The notes beneath the pieces were generated by a model. The model was not told where the DNA came from. It saw only the letters and a program-made list of their open reading frames with translations, and did no database searches. Positions 48,296-58,487 of a stretch of DNA of 64,000 nt are shown piece after piece. Position 1 is the first letter of the stretch. Every line of letters begins with the position of its first letter. The translations under genes and the position numbers were made by a program. This stretch comes from a virus. Taxonomy: Duplodnaviria > Caudoviricetes. Location: positions 451 to 64,450 of IMG/VR virus record IMGVR_UViG_3300020576_001330. One strand, given 5' to 3'.

Positions 48296-48337
48296 GTTTC
48301 TTTAATTTTAAAGGTTAATATTAATTGTTTGTTTTGT

Positions 48338-48802
48338 TTAGAATACGATGAATCTTACTTCAATTGTACCATTTAATACTGCTGTTCCTACGTTAGCAAT
48401 TACAATTGTTGCTGAACCAGCTGCTGGTACAACTCTTGAAATTGCTGGTTGTCCAGTAGTACCACCATAAGCTGTGATTACTGCGTAAACAATGCTTGTA
48501 GCTGCAATATTACTGTTTGTTAGGGTCAATGATGTTACAGGTGATCCTGTTCCACTTGTTGGCGAAGTTGTTAATGTTGCTGTGGTAAACTTTCCTGCAA
48601 CTGCATTAATTGTAGGAGTGTTACTTGCACTAGTTGTACTAACATTTACACCTGTTTTAGCATTCAGATACTCAATGATTGGATTCAAATCACTTGCTCT
48701 TACAACTTGATTTTCACCTACGCCAAGATCTAATTGCGCCAATCTTCCTTTACTTGCTTTAACAATTGGTTCAATTGGACTTTTAAATGTATTTACAGAC
48801 AT
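48338..48802 (-). CDS. Small structural protein (decoration-like)
   Basis: Thr/Ala-rich, beta-rich ORF in the head operon. Confidence 0.5.
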   Translation of the reverse strand: MSVNTFKSPIEPIVKASKGRLAQLDLGVGENQVVRASDLNPIIEYLNAKTGVNVSTTSASNTPTINAVAGKFTTATLTTSPTSGTGSPVTSLTLTNSNIAATSIVYAVITAYGGTTGQPAISRVVPAAGSATIVIANVGTAVLNGTIEVRFIVF

Positions 48803-48825
48803 TTAGTTATTTTTTAAATTGTGAA

Positions 48826-49593
48826 TTATTCTATTTCGTTTAATTTTTCTCTTGCATCATTGACTCTCTGTGACTCAATATCTCCTAATGCATTCCTGAC
48901 AGCTATTGCAATTACTTCTCTGTATGACTCATCTGTGAGTTCTCCCTGAGCAGTTCCTAGCAATCCAAGTGGTGATTGTTTCTGAGCTTTATCAATTTTC
49001 TTGGGATCTTTTAAGTACCTTAGATTATATCCTCTTGGAGTTATAACCATTTGTGGACTTATTACAATCTCAAAATGTTCCAGCGTTCCTATTCTACCAT
49101 AAGGTAATCTATAAACTCTGTTAAAGCTTGGCTTTGCAAAAGGATTAGCTACTGCTGTATTATACTTGTCATGAGTTAAAGCTACTACTGGTACTCTTAC
49201 CGTCTTAGTCCTTTCATTACAATCAGTGTATTGTACAACTAATTCTTCATTTATTGCATGCCTGTACTTGGGATAAGGAGTTCCATTTTCATCAAGTACT
49301 GTACTTCCATCTGGAAGAGCTACAAAGAATGCATTTTCTTTATTGTCAAGTGTACTTGGTAACATACTTAATCTTGCATTTACTACAAGACTTTGCAGAT
49401 CTTTAACTCTTTTTTGAGTTTCCTCTAAGGATTCTCTTTTAAAGTTATTTCCCCAAGCCCTCTGTTCAATAAACTCTTCTTGAGCATTTGACAGATACAA
49501 ATCAATTTCTGCATCTGTAAAGTTAGCTGAGTTAAAACTGTCAGTTTTATCCACACCCACCTTGAATTCAGTATGCATGCGGTTAACTATCAT
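48826..49593 (-). CDS. Head-tail adaptor ring protein
   Basis: MHTEFKVGVDK...EIDLYLSNAQEEFI N-terminal pattern; crAss-like synteny. Confidence 0.65.
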   Translation of the reverse strand: MIVNRMHTEFKVGVDKTDSFNSANFTDAEIDLYLSNAQEEFIEQRAWGNNFKRESLEETQKRVKDLQSLVVNARLSMLPSTLDNKENAFFVALPDGSTVLDENGTPYPKYRHAINEELVVQYTDCNERTKTVRVPVVALTHDKYNTAVANPFAKPSFNRVYRLPYGRIGTLEHFEIVISPQMVITPRGYNLRYLKDPKKIDKAQKQSPLGLLGTAQGELTDESYREVIAIAVRNALGDIESQRVNDAREKLNEIE

Positions 49594-49604
49594 CTTCTCT
49601 CAGT

Positions 49605-50477
49605 TTATTTTATTGCGTCAATTTTTGCTTTTAGACTAACCTTTACCTGACTGTATGAAGGGTCTTGTAAGTTGGCAACTGTTTCAGTTAAACTATTACC
49701 AATCAAATCACCACCGCTGATATAGTATTTGGGGCCATTCTTTTTCATTACACCTGCTTGTAAACATTCCTGAATAAATACAAGTGTTTTGTAATCTGGA
49801 TTATTAACTAAGTCCAGAAACTTTTGAGGTTGTTCATCTACAATCTTTCCAAGTGTTGCTACAACGAAATCTGGTGTTGCTGATTTGGATACTTTGAATT
49901 TACCTTCCTCATAAATTCGTAAGAAGTCAATTTGTTCATTAAAGGACATTGCAGTAAATTTCTTCATTGCATCTACTTTAATCATTACCCTCTTACTATC
50001 ATAAGATGCTTCAACTTCCTGATTAGAAAGTACAAACTCTTTTCTTGGATCTTCATTAGCATCTTCATAAGACAGTGCTACTTTATCGCAGACACTTAAA
50101 TATGCATATCTAATCTTATCGAGTTCACTTCTATCACAGTCAATAACAACTCCTGATTGTGGTACTTTAGCATAGATTTTAGGATTTGCCCAAGTTTCCT
50201 TCGAGTATGGGGATAAAGCCATTGTCTTCATCCCCATTTTAATCTCAAGTTCTCTAGCTTCCTGATCTGTAAGCCCTGTTTTCACAAGTCCTACGTTATC
50301 TAATTCAGGAGAGATCCAAATCTCTGCGCCTGAAAAGATATGCAATCCATCATGCTTATTATCAATTTGCTCCAGCCAAGTCTTACGAACTGGCTTTAGC
50401 ATGTACTTACCTGTTAATCTGCTTTTAGCAGTTGCTGGTGCTGTAGTTTTTTCCATCTGTTTATTATCTTTCTCCAC
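49605..50477 (-). CDS. Conserved crAss-like protein downstream of MCP
   Basis: Synteny; GLVKTGLT and GVMKKNGPKY motifs. Confidence 0.6.
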   Translation of the reverse strand: MEKDNKQMEKTTAPATAKSRLTGKYMLKPVRKTWLEQIDNKHDGLHIFSGAEIWISPELDNVGLVKTGLTDQEARELEIKMGMKTMALSPYSKETWANPKIYAKVPQSGVVIDCDRSELDKIRYAYLSVCDKVALSYEDANEDPRKEFVLSNQEVEASYDSKRVMIKVDAMKKFTAMSFNEQIDFLRIYEEGKFKVSKSATPDFVVATLGKIVDEQPQKFLDLVNNPDYKTLVFIQECLQAGVMKKNGPKYYISGGDLIGNSLTETVANLQDPSYSQVKVSLKAKIDAIK

Positions 50478-50507
50478 GACTACTTTTGTTTAATTTGTTA
50501 ATTACTA

Positions 50508-51965
50508 TTAGTATGTATATGATACGTTAGGAATTAATTCAGCTGCACTCAAAGGATTCTGCAATTTAATTGCCTGAGTTGTCAGATATTTAATTTCATA
50601 ACCATCTACTCCTGATGCACCCATTCCATTGTTTTGAGGGCCAAACGGAGATGTACTACCTGGTACATACCATTTAATATCAGTACGTCCTTTAACTCCC
50701 AATTTCTGAATGTTTGGTTCACCATTAGTTGTACCAATGTTCATGATAGTCATACGATAGTTTTCAGTATAACCACCATCTGGGTGAGGCAACCTGTTAT
50801 GGATTACGTTGTCATATTCAGGCATGTGCATTACAGTGTACTTAATTCCATTGTAACCTTCAAATGTCTTGTATTGACCTCTGAATCCAAGATTAGATCC
50901 TGTACCAGTCAACCTGTCTGGATTACCCATTGGTTGGAATACTGCTACTTTATCCTCAATCAGTTTAGAGAACATGAACATACCACGCTCACCAGTTAAA
51001 ATCAAGAACTCTCTTTGGTCTTCTGTCAAGATATTGATAGACAAGTTTTGTGCTACCTCATGCAGATAATCCAAAGTTAAAGTGTTGTAGTAGAATTTAT
51101 AAGAAGGAGAGATTTGCTGACGCAATCCTGCACCCTGCTTAATTACAAAACCATTACGTGCTTTAGTAGCGAATGTACCATCAGCTCTTTGGTTAAATTC
51201 GGAGAACATCAATTGAGAAGCTTTTTCACGTCTCCATTGCATCTCTGTGATAATATCCTGCCATTTAGTCCAAACAGTCACTGGCTTACCATCACCAACA
51301 TTCATTGTAATTAACAATGGACGGTTGTGCATGTTACCCGCAACTACTTGTTCTTTAGACAGAGTACTGAAGATGTTACGCATCTCAAAGTGAGATGTGA
51401 ATTGCGCTTGGCTATATTCATCATTCAGTGTGTTTGTAACAATGTTGTTCTGACGAGATACTTTCTTACCAGCAGTCATTAACTGAGCTGGAATGAAACC
51501 ACCTGTTGCAGGATTCATTGATTGTACCTCATATACCCAACCTGAACCAGTTGAATAACCTTCACCTACGATACGAACACCAAATGTTCTGTCATCAAAG
51601 ATTAAGTAATCGGATACACCAAAGTTTCTTTCTTCAAGTTCAAGCAAGAATTTCTCTTGGTTAAGACCTGCTTTACCTACTGAACTGTAAGCTGCGGAAG
51701 TAAATGAAAGAATCTTAATTGCTCTTTCTTCATCCCCTTTAAGCATCCAACGGAATTCTCCATCGTGCTCCATCATCTTAGTCGGGTATTTAGAAAGGAA
51801 ATTATCCAATCCCAAATAGCCACGTCTGTTAAAAATTTCAGTTACAATCTCAGAAGCGAGTTGTGGCTGATTTTGATAAATAGCGTATAAGTGGTTCTCA
51901 GTCGTAAGACCTGCCCAACTTTTTGCATACGATACCTGTAGTGCGTTTAAACCTTGTACTGCCAT
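50508..51965 (-). CDS. Major capsid protein
   Basis: WAGLTTENHL, FRWML, GAGLRQQI, LTGERGMFMF; 485 aa; synteny downstream of portal. Confidence 0.9.
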   Translation of the reverse strand: MAVQGLNALQVSYAKSWAGLTTENHLYAIYQNQPQLASEIVTEIFNRRGYLGLDNFLSKYPTKMMEHDGEFRWMLKGDEERAIKILSFTSAAYSSVGKAGLNQEKFLLELEERNFGVSDYLIFDDRTFGVRIVGEGYSTGSGWVYEVQSMNPATGGFIPAQLMTAGKKVSRQNNIVTNTLNDEYSQAQFTSHFEMRNIFSTLSKEQVVAGNMHNRPLLITMNVGDGKPVTVWTKWQDIITEMQWRREKASQLMFSEFNQRADGTFATKARNGFVIKQGAGLRQQISPSYKFYYNTLTLDYLHEVAQNLSINILTEDQREFLILTGERGMFMFSKLIEDKVAVFQPMGNPDRLTGTGSNLGFRGQYKTFEGYNGIKYTVMHMPEYDNVIHNRLPHPDGGYTENYRMTIMNIGTTNGEPNIQKLGVKGRTDIKWYVPGSTSPFGPQNNGMGASGVDGYEIKYLTTQAIKLQNPLSAAELIPNVSYTY

Positions 51966-51990
51966 GTTGTTTTAGTTGTTTGTTTTATTT

Positions 51991-53124
51991 TTAGCCACGT
52001 CTTTGTTGCTTTGCTAATTCGAGGGCTTTTTGAATCTTACCTAAATTAACTTTACTAAAAGGTGTGTCCTTTTCTTTATAAGTGTTAACAGTTTTCTTAA
52101 CCTCTCTGGTTACTTCTGTTTTCAGTTTTGTTTTAATATTTGAAACATCGCCGTTTAACAACAAAAAGAATTGTGCAATTTTAAGGTTTGCTAAAGGATC
52201 AGCCTTTAATGCCTTTGTAAGTTGTGTTTCACGTTTGGCATCAAATTTGATGTATCCGTCATACAACTTTTGTTTTTCTTCTTTTGTTAACTTTATTCCT
52301 GGGATAATTTCATCCGCAGTCATAATGGTTTTTTCAATATTTTTAAGAGTATCTTGCCACTCTTTTTCAGCTTGCTTCTTTCTTTCCTGAGTTTCCTTAA
52401 TCAAATTTTGCTGGTACTTCTCTTCAAAAACCTTTAATTTTTCAAGAGCTTCCTTTGATTCTTCTTCCAGTAAAAGGTTATCTTCAAGCCTTTTAATTTT
52501 CTTTTCGATAGCATCCTCTTTATAATCCTGATTGGCTAAATGCTGACGCAGAATATTCTTCTGTAAATCAACATCTTTTTCTAAGGTATCTTCATCAATA
52601 GCTGAAAACTCTATTTGACGAGACTTAGAATCAATCAGTTCCATTAAAGGAACTCCTTCTTCAAAGTTATTAATTAAATCATGTAGTACTTCAGGTAAGT
52701 CCTGTTTATAAGCTTCAACCTTACTTTTTACTACATCATTTAATTTAGTCTCCAGATAGTCTTCAGAATCTTCAAACTTCTCTGGATCAAAATCTATAAT
52801 CCCTTTTGTACCTGCCCACTCAGCAATTGCACGAATTGGTGATACTTCTTCTGTTCCTTCTTCGGAAGCTGCTTCTTCTCCAGTATTCTCTGGAGTCTCA
52901 ATTTCAGTTTCTTCTTCGATCTCAGGATCATCTGGGGTACTAGTTACTTCTTTTTTAGTGGCTGTCTGCTTTTGGAACTCTTCCAAACTTTCAACCTCGC
53001 CAATAGTAAACTCTTTTACGTCTTCAATGTCTTTATCTGTCAACTCTGTGTTTTCAGGTGCTGGAAAATCCATTTCTGGTAAATCCCTAAACATTGATAA
53101 ATCTAATTCATCTTGCTCTGCCAT
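51991..53124 (-). CDS. Acidic coiled-coil protein between portal and MCP (scaffold-like)
   Basis: Highly acidic N-terminus, helical; conserved crAss-like position. Confidence 0.65.
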   Translation of the reverse strand: MAEQDELDLSMFRDLPEMDFPAPENTELTDKDIEDVKEFTIGEVESLEEFQKQTATKKEVTSTPDDPEIEEETEIETPENTGEEAASEEGTEEVSPIRAIAEWAGTKGIIDFDPEKFEDSEDYLETKLNDVVKSKVEAYKQDLPEVLHDLINNFEEGVPLMELIDSKSRQIEFSAIDEDTLEKDVDLQKNILRQHLANQDYKEDAIEKKIKRLEDNLLLEEESKEALEKLKVFEEKYQQNLIKETQERKKQAEKEWQDTLKNIEKTIMTADEIIPGIKLTKEEKQKLYDGYIKFDAKRETQLTKALKADPLANLKIAQFFLLLNGDVSNIKTKLKTEVTREVKKTVNTYKEKDTPFSKVNLGKIQKALELAKQQRRG

Positions 53125-53146
53125 ATCTTTCTCACAATTAGAACTG

Positions 53147-53178
53147 CAAAGATAATACGTATTTTTAGTAAAATCAAG
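53147..53178 (-). promoter_or_regulatory. Bacteroidota sigma-A promoter for the scaffold/MCP operon
   Basis: CTTG-N20-TATCTTTG(CA). Confidence 0.8.
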
Positions 53179-53231
53179 TACTTGTGCAATATTGTCTTGA
53201 GTTCCTATAGTACATATGTCATTTTGTCAGT

Positions 53232-55658
53232 TTATTTTTTACCTGTTTTTGGTTTAGGCTTATGCCTAACTTTAAATTTTTCTATTCTTTCTTTAGCATC
53301 TAACTCTTTAAGTTTCAATGCTTTCTCTTCTTTTGTACGTTGGTTTTCAGCTTCAATTTTCTTATCTTCCAATTTTAGCTTCTTTTCCTCCATGTACCTC
53401 TGCCACTCATGCTTTCTTTCTTCTAAAGCCAATTTACCCTGCTCCATTACATCTGGAGTGCCGTCATTATCAGCATCTTGGTTTTGTTCAAATCCAAGAG
53501 TTTTAATTTCCGCAATTTGTATATTGGTTTGACGATCTTGTTCTTTATTGTAATCATCCCTATCCATTTTTTCTTTCTCTAAAGCTAAAGCCTCGTCATG
53601 CATTTGTTTTTGCATTTCCTGTTCTTGTTCAGCTTGACTTTGTTGAGCTTCCTGCATTTGTTGCTCAGAGTCAATCAATTTAGCTTTAATATCAGACAAA
53701 CTAGTACTATTTAACACATCTACTACAGCAGACATATTAATCTTTTCATTCTGGATAGCTGACTGCATTAATTGCTTAAGTGTTTCTAGAGCTTGTTGAT
53801 CTTTAGTACTATTAGACAAGAACACTCCATAATCAGCATTTACAAAGTCACCTTCTACTTTAAATAACACAGTAGCCAGATCATCTGTAATATACTGAAA
53901 GTTCTTAGGATTATCTTCTAAGCATTCTTTAGCCACTTCAATAACAGCTTCACAAACTCTTTTCTTAAAGAATTCGTGTGGTGCAAAGTAAGGTTCTGTA
54001 ATATGAGAGCTTTGTACTACAGCTCTTTCAGTATTACCTACTAATTCGCTGGAGTTAATTGCTCCTAATCTTTGTCTGGTAATACCAGAGGTTTGCTCAA
54101 TCTGTTGATTAACATAATCAAGCATTGCAATATGCTGCTGTATATAAGCACCAGTTTCAAGATCCAGAGATTTGTTTTGGTTACTTTGATTAAAGTTAGC
54201 CCCTCCAGAACTTGATCTGTTACTTTCGTTATATGAGTTAACAAACCCAAAACCCATAGCCTGAGCATAGTACATCCATTTTTCTACTTCCCAGTTATCA
54301 GGAATAAGACTCGTATCAATAAGTGCAATCTTACCAATATTCTTAGCCATTGCAAGTTCGGTTCTGTACCACAAGATAAGATATAAATATATCCAAGGTA
54401 CTAAACGATCCATCATTGATACTGCTCTTGAATTTTGACAAGAGTACACAGTTCCTATATAACCTGACTTACACTCACTTAAATTATCCATACTTCGGAA
54501 TTGTTGTGGACACGGCCCACATAAATCCCAAAGATATATATCCATTCCGATTCTTACACCTCTCCAGTATTCTTTAACCCAGAACCATTCAATGTATTGG
54601 TTCTTATCACCTTTAGGCATTTTAAATCCCTCCTCAACAATTACTTGTTGTGGAGCTCCATTCTCATCATAAAAGTGCCACACACCCTGTTTTTTAAACG
54701 ATGCCCACTTTACTCTATGTACTGGAATACCACGATTACTCCAACCATCATCAAATGAGTAAATACTATCTACTTCAGGAATGTTAAACTGCATGTCACC
54801 ATAATTGTACATGCTAGTTTGTCCTGAACCAATTAATTCCATTTGCTCAATTTGATCTGGAGTTAACCATTCATAGAACTCATTAACAATCTCTGAAACA
54901 CTCATTTGAGTTCTTTCATAGATTTTATCAGCTTCATCAATAAGATCTGAGTTAGAAGGTAGTTGAAACCAGATCTCAAGTGGATTTACTCTTCGTACTT
55001 TTACTCCATCACCAACTCTGTCAACAGCTATAATTTCTTCTGCTGCTAAAAGTACATCCTTAAAGCAATCATTAAAGATCTTATCCAGGTTCTCGTGACG
55101 ATAATAATGAGTTAATAGCTTTTCAGCTACACTCTCAATCATCATCTTTGGAGTATAGTTCTGGTACTTTGTAAGTTGTTCTGGTGCAGGAGGTGGATTA
55201 TCTGGGTCAATACTTTGTGGATCAATGTGCGCCACAAGCATTTGTTCCAGTACTCCCAGAATTTCTGCTTTCTTTGCTTCTTGTTTAGAATGCAAAGCAT
55301 CTTCATTAACAGCTCTTACAACTGGATTAAAGGGTCTTTTAGATTCTTCTCCTAATAAGAGATTGAATCTTGGAGATGTTACGTCATAAGGTTGTAAAGA
55401 TGCTGGAAAATTAAAAGACTTAATTTGTTCTTTACTTAAATTAAAAGGATTTAAAACATAATCAAAGTCAGCTTTGTTAATCCTGTTATTGAAAAGTTCA
55501 TAGTTTCTCCTCTTATCTCTGGATGAAGACCTGCGTGTTCTTCCATAAGCATAAGTAATACCTATTACTCCATCAATGCATTCTTTCCTCCACTGCTCAT
55601 CTTTTTCTTTAAAAGACTTCTTTTGTATTGGAAAATATTGTAATGTAGTTTGATCCAT
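53232..55658 (-). CDS. Portal protein
   Basis: 808 aa after terminase; GITRQRLG and ELVGNTERAVVQSSHITE motifs; coiled-coil C-terminus. Confidence 0.9.
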   Translation of the reverse strand: MDQTTLQYFPIQKKSFKEKDEQWRKECIDGVIGITYAYGRTRRSSSRDKRRNYELFNNRINKADFDYVLNPFNLSKEQIKSFNFPASLQPYDVTSPRFNLLLGEESKRPFNPVVRAVNEDALHSKQEAKKAEILGVLEQMLVAHIDPQSIDPDNPPPAPEQLTKYQNYTPKMMIESVAEKLLTHYYRHENLDKIFNDCFKDVLLAAEEIIAVDRVGDGVKVRRVNPLEIWFQLPSNSDLIDEADKIYERTQMSVSEIVNEFYEWLTPDQIEQMELIGSGQTSMYNYGDMQFNIPEVDSIYSFDDGWSNRGIPVHRVKWASFKKQGVWHFYDENGAPQQVIVEEGFKMPKGDKNQYIEWFWVKEYWRGVRIGMDIYLWDLCGPCPQQFRSMDNLSECKSGYIGTVYSCQNSRAVSMMDRLVPWIYLYLILWYRTELAMAKNIGKIALIDTSLIPDNWEVEKWMYYAQAMGFGFVNSYNESNRSSSGGANFNQSNQNKSLDLETGAYIQQHIAMLDYVNQQIEQTSGITRQRLGAINSSELVGNTERAVVQSSHITEPYFAPHEFFKKRVCEAVIEVAKECLEDNPKNFQYITDDLATVLFKVEGDFVNADYGVFLSNSTKDQQALETLKQLMQSAIQNEKINMSAVVDVLNSTSLSDIKAKLIDSEQQMQEAQQSQAEQEQEMQKQMHDEALALEKEKMDRDDYNKEQDRQTNIQIAEIKTLGFEQNQDADNDGTPDVMEQGKLALEERKHEWQRYMEEKKLKLEDKKIEAENQRTKEEKALKLKELDAKERIEKFKVRHKPKPKTGKK

Positions 55659-55675
55659 GATAATTTATAGAATTG

Positions 55676-55707
55676 CAAAAATAGTCTTAAAAATACCACA
55701 ATTCAAG
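55676..55707 (-). promoter_or_regulatory. Bacteroidota sigma-A promoter for portal
   Basis: CTTG-N20-TATTTTTG(CA). Confidence 0.75.
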
Positions 55708-55724
55708 TAAACTTGAAATTATTG

Positions 55725-57719
55725 TTACCAGCCTATAGTATTTTTATTAAAAAGCCCCCTGTTAAAGAAGTCTTGTTTATGTGCTGGAATGTATTTTGGC
55801 TTGTCATCAATTACAGGAATATACCTTCTTTCCTCATTTATTTGATAAATTGCCATCATTAATGCCATAACACGGTCTGTATTCTTTTCACCATCATAAG
55901 CAATTAACTCTTTTAAAAGAGGAATACTGCGAATTTTGTGGTAATTTTTAATGTTTTTGTCTTTGTCATAATCTTGAAGTAGCCATTGAAGGATGAGTCC
56001 CTCTCCAAATTTCTTCAGTTCATCATGCATTTTCATACCAAGCTTTCTTGTTAAACTTGGCTTTTTGATAATATCCTGTACTAATTTAGGTTCTTCACAC
56101 AGTAAGTACAAGCTTCCTTGTCCTTCAAAGTAATCATAAATACCCTTTACGTTATTCTCATACAAAGCACGAGCATTGTAAAATAACAATAATCTGCGTA
56201 CCTGTTCATAATAATCTTTACTTGTTTGAGGTCTTGCTGTATATTCTGCTACTATTCTACCTGTAAGTTTATTAATGATTACAGTACTTCCTAATGAGCC
56301 TGTGGTTGATATGTCATGATCATATGGGTCAATACCTGCTACATATACACCATAAGGAATACTTCCCTGGTTATCTCTTACAGGCATTTCATAAATGATA
56401 ATTGGAGCATCTTTAGGATCATCTTTTCTAAGAGGATAGTTGTAGATCATTCTCAACTCTTTATCCTCTTTAAAATCAATGTTACCTTCAGGATCAATTA
56501 CCATTCTTCCTTTGTATAAGTTCTGCTCATACAATGGATCAAGTTCTAATCTAGCCAGTACTCCTAAAAGATCTTGTGATGGAAACATATTACCTGAGAG
56601 TTTCATCATTGCCTCACGAGGAGTCATTGGTTTCTCAGCAATATATCTCTTAATAGAGTTTACATCCTTGGTATTTTTAGATACAATAGCTCTATCTGCT
56701 TCAATTGCTTTACGAGCTTTTACTTCATCAGAGTTACCATCTGCATCATAGTACCCTTCTAAGTTAGAATACTCAGGTACAAAGAATCCAGATTTGTTTC
56801 CTTCTGCACCCTCATCCCAGATATTATCAACTGCACGAATGTTATAACCTCTTGGGTTTTCAAACAATTCCTGTAATCCTTCAAAGTCAGCTCCTTCAGT
56901 ACCACCTGTACCAAATGCTACCATTAATCCGAATACATTAGATCCTTGTTCTAAAGAGGAACGTGCAATTTGCCAAGCTTGTAATAAACCAGGTAACTTA
57001 CCGCCCTCTTCAAATAAAAGAAGCTTTCCTCTTTTACCACGAGCTCTATTTGGATCATTCTTTAAAGTAACACCTAGGATCTCTGACTTGTAACCCTTCT
57101 CTACTTCTTTACCATTAATTAAGGCTTTATAAGAAGCTCTACGATGTAACTCAGTATTACGTACTTGTCTTCTTTTTGCCCAAGCTGTATGCTCGTTGAT
57201 GAAGTCCATCATCTCCCAAGCCTTGGTAAGAATACCATCACCAATCAAATATTCCTTCTCACCAGCAATTGCAAAAGATCTTGAACCTCTAATTAGGAAG
57301 AAGTTTCTATTAAGCATACTTCCACCTTTAAATGAATATCCACGACCACGAGTTTTTAATACTACTCCGTGTTGTCCTGCTTTCTCTGCTTCATTTAAAT
57401 AATGGTAATAATTGTAATCTCCATCCCAAGGAGCTGCAAAGTCTAATATACGATTAGATTGTACTTTACCATCATCTGTATAAGTTAATTTACCTTCAGC
57501 ATCTAAGATTGGTATTGTAAGATAGATTGGTGAATAGTTTAAATAGAAGTAATAGTACCCTGGAATGTAATCATGTCCAGCATGGTATCCTTCTAAACAA
57601 CGTTTAGCCTCTTGTCTCCAATAGTTCATATAGGATCTAGAACCTGGCTGGTACTTACAGTACGTGCCATACTCCTTAAAGGTTAATGCTGCTTCTCTAA
57701 AACTATCTGAATTTACCAT
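55725..57719 (-). CDS. terL: Terminase large subunit
   Basis: Walker A LKTRGRGYSF, Walker B LLFEEGG, FGTGG, nuclease AGIDPYD and DRVMA. Confidence 0.95.
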   Translation of the reverse strand: MVNSDSFREAALTFKEYGTYCKYQPGSRSYMNYWRQEAKRCLEGYHAGHDYIPGYYYFYLNYSPIYLTIPILDAEGKLTYTDDGKVQSNRILDFAAPWDGDYNYYHYLNEAEKAGQHGVVLKTRGRGYSFKGGSMLNRNFFLIRGSRSFAIAGEKEYLIGDGILTKAWEMMDFINEHTAWAKRRQVRNTELHRRASYKALINGKEVEKGYKSEILGVTLKNDPNRARGKRGKLLLFEEGGKLPGLLQAWQIARSSLEQGSNVFGLMVAFGTGGTEGADFEGLQELFENPRGYNIRAVDNIWDEGAEGNKSGFFVPEYSNLEGYYDADGNSDEVKARKAIEADRAIVSKNTKDVNSIKRYIAEKPMTPREAMMKLSGNMFPSQDLLGVLARLELDPLYEQNLYKGRMVIDPEGNIDFKEDKELRMIYNYPLRKDDPKDAPIIIYEMPVRDNQGSIPYGVYVAGIDPYDHDISTTGSLGSTVIINKLTGRIVAEYTARPQTSKDYYEQVRRLLLFYNARALYENNVKGIYDYFEGQGSLYLLCEEPKLVQDIIKKPSLTRKLGMKMHDELKKFGEGLILQWLLQDYDKDKNIKNYHKIRSIPLLKELIAYDGEKNTDRVMALMMAIYQINEERRYIPVIDDKPKYIPAHKQDFFNRGLFNKNTIGW

Positions 57720-58073
57720 TTAATTGCGCTTACAAAAAAAATAAAGATTTGGGTTTTCCACATCTTCTAAAAGAAATTCTAATATTTCCTTTGATTTACA
57801 ATAGCCTTGAAAGAATGTAATAGTACTATTTATACAAGCATTATCTAATCCTGTGTAAGATATTCTTAAGAAATTATTTAAAGCCCCATCAACACTATAA
57901 AACTTTATATCTATTCTTCCAGAATTTGTTTTAGGATAATCATGTCCTTCTAAACATAGAATATCTTTATCACAAATATAATGAATTTCTTTATAAGAGT
58001 CATGTCCATTATTACATAACCCCAATTTAAATCCTTTATTTAGTACAATACTTGTTATTTCTGAATATGTCAT
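57720..58073 (-). CDS. Hypothetical protein
   Basis: The track start (TTG 58085) overlaps tRNA-Trp; the in-frame ATG at 58073 is more plausible. Confidence 0.6.
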   Translation of the reverse strand: MTYSEITSIVLNKGFKLGLCNNGHDSYKEIHYICDKDILCLEGHDYPKTNSGRIDIKFYSVDGALNNFLRISYTGLDNACINSTITFFQGYCKSKEILEFLLEDVENPNLYFFCKRN

Positions 58074-58082
58074 AATTGTTTG

Positions 58083-58155
58083 CAAGGGTGATAGGACTCG
58101 AACCTATAACATACAGTTTTGGAGACTGTTGTTCTACCAATTGAACTACACCCAT
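58083..58155 (-). tRNA. trnW: tRNA-Trp(CCA)
   Basis: Cloverleaf; anticodon arm ACAGT-CTCCAAA-ACTGT; TTCGAGT T-loop; no encoded CCA. Confidence 0.9.
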
Positions 58156-58165
58156 GTATTTTTTG

Positions 58166-58238
58166 CGTGGAGATTAAGAATCGAACTTAAATCCTTCTGA
58201 TTAACAGTCAGATGCTTTACCAATTAAGCTATCTCCCC
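58166..58238 (-). tRNA. trnN: tRNA-Asn(GTT)
   Basis: Anticodon arm TCTGA-CTGTTAA-TCAGA; one acceptor-stem mismatch. Confidence 0.9.
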
Positions 58239-58244
58239 TTGTAG

Positions 58245-58319
58245 CCCACACGATGAGATTTGAACTCATGATCTCCTCATAGACAGTGAGGCAGGGACTC
58301 CAGACTCCCCTACGTGCAG
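58245..58319 (-). tRNA. trnD: tRNA-Asp(GTC)
   Basis: Anticodon arm CCTCA-CTGTCTA-TGAGG; G73. Confidence 0.88.
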
Positions 58320-58334
58320 GTAATTAATTTTTAG

Positions 58335-58404
58335 GGTGTTAGTGGGACTCGAACCCTATTCCCCAGATTCACAGTCTAGTACTTTACCCATAAGCTACTA
58401 ACAC
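58335..58404 (-). tRNA. trnH: tRNA-His(GTG), irregular T-stem, no encoded G-1
   Basis: Anticodon arm CTAGA-CTGTGAA-TCTGG; acceptor GTGTTAG/CTAACAC; C73; T-stem 3' strand one base short. Confidence 0.7.
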
Positions 58405-58406
58405 AG

Positions 58407-58479
58407 TGCAACCTTCAGGACTCGAACCTGAATCTGAAGCTCTTCAGGCTACTGCATTGACCATCTTTGCTAAAGTTGC
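58407..58479 (-). tRNA. trnF: tRNA-Phe(GAA)
   Basis: Anticodon arm GTAGC-CTGAAGA-GCTTC; acceptor GCAACTT/AGGTTGC; A73. Confidence 0.85.
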
Positions 58480-58487
58480 ATATTTTA

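Noticed and set aside
8357-57719. Inteins or introns in vRNAP, terminase or capsid genes
   Set aside because: No splicing or homing-endonuclease motifs seen and the frames are continuous
58074-58085. TTG start of ORF 57720-58085
   Set aside because: Overlaps the 3' end of tRNA-Trp; the ATG at 58073 is preferred
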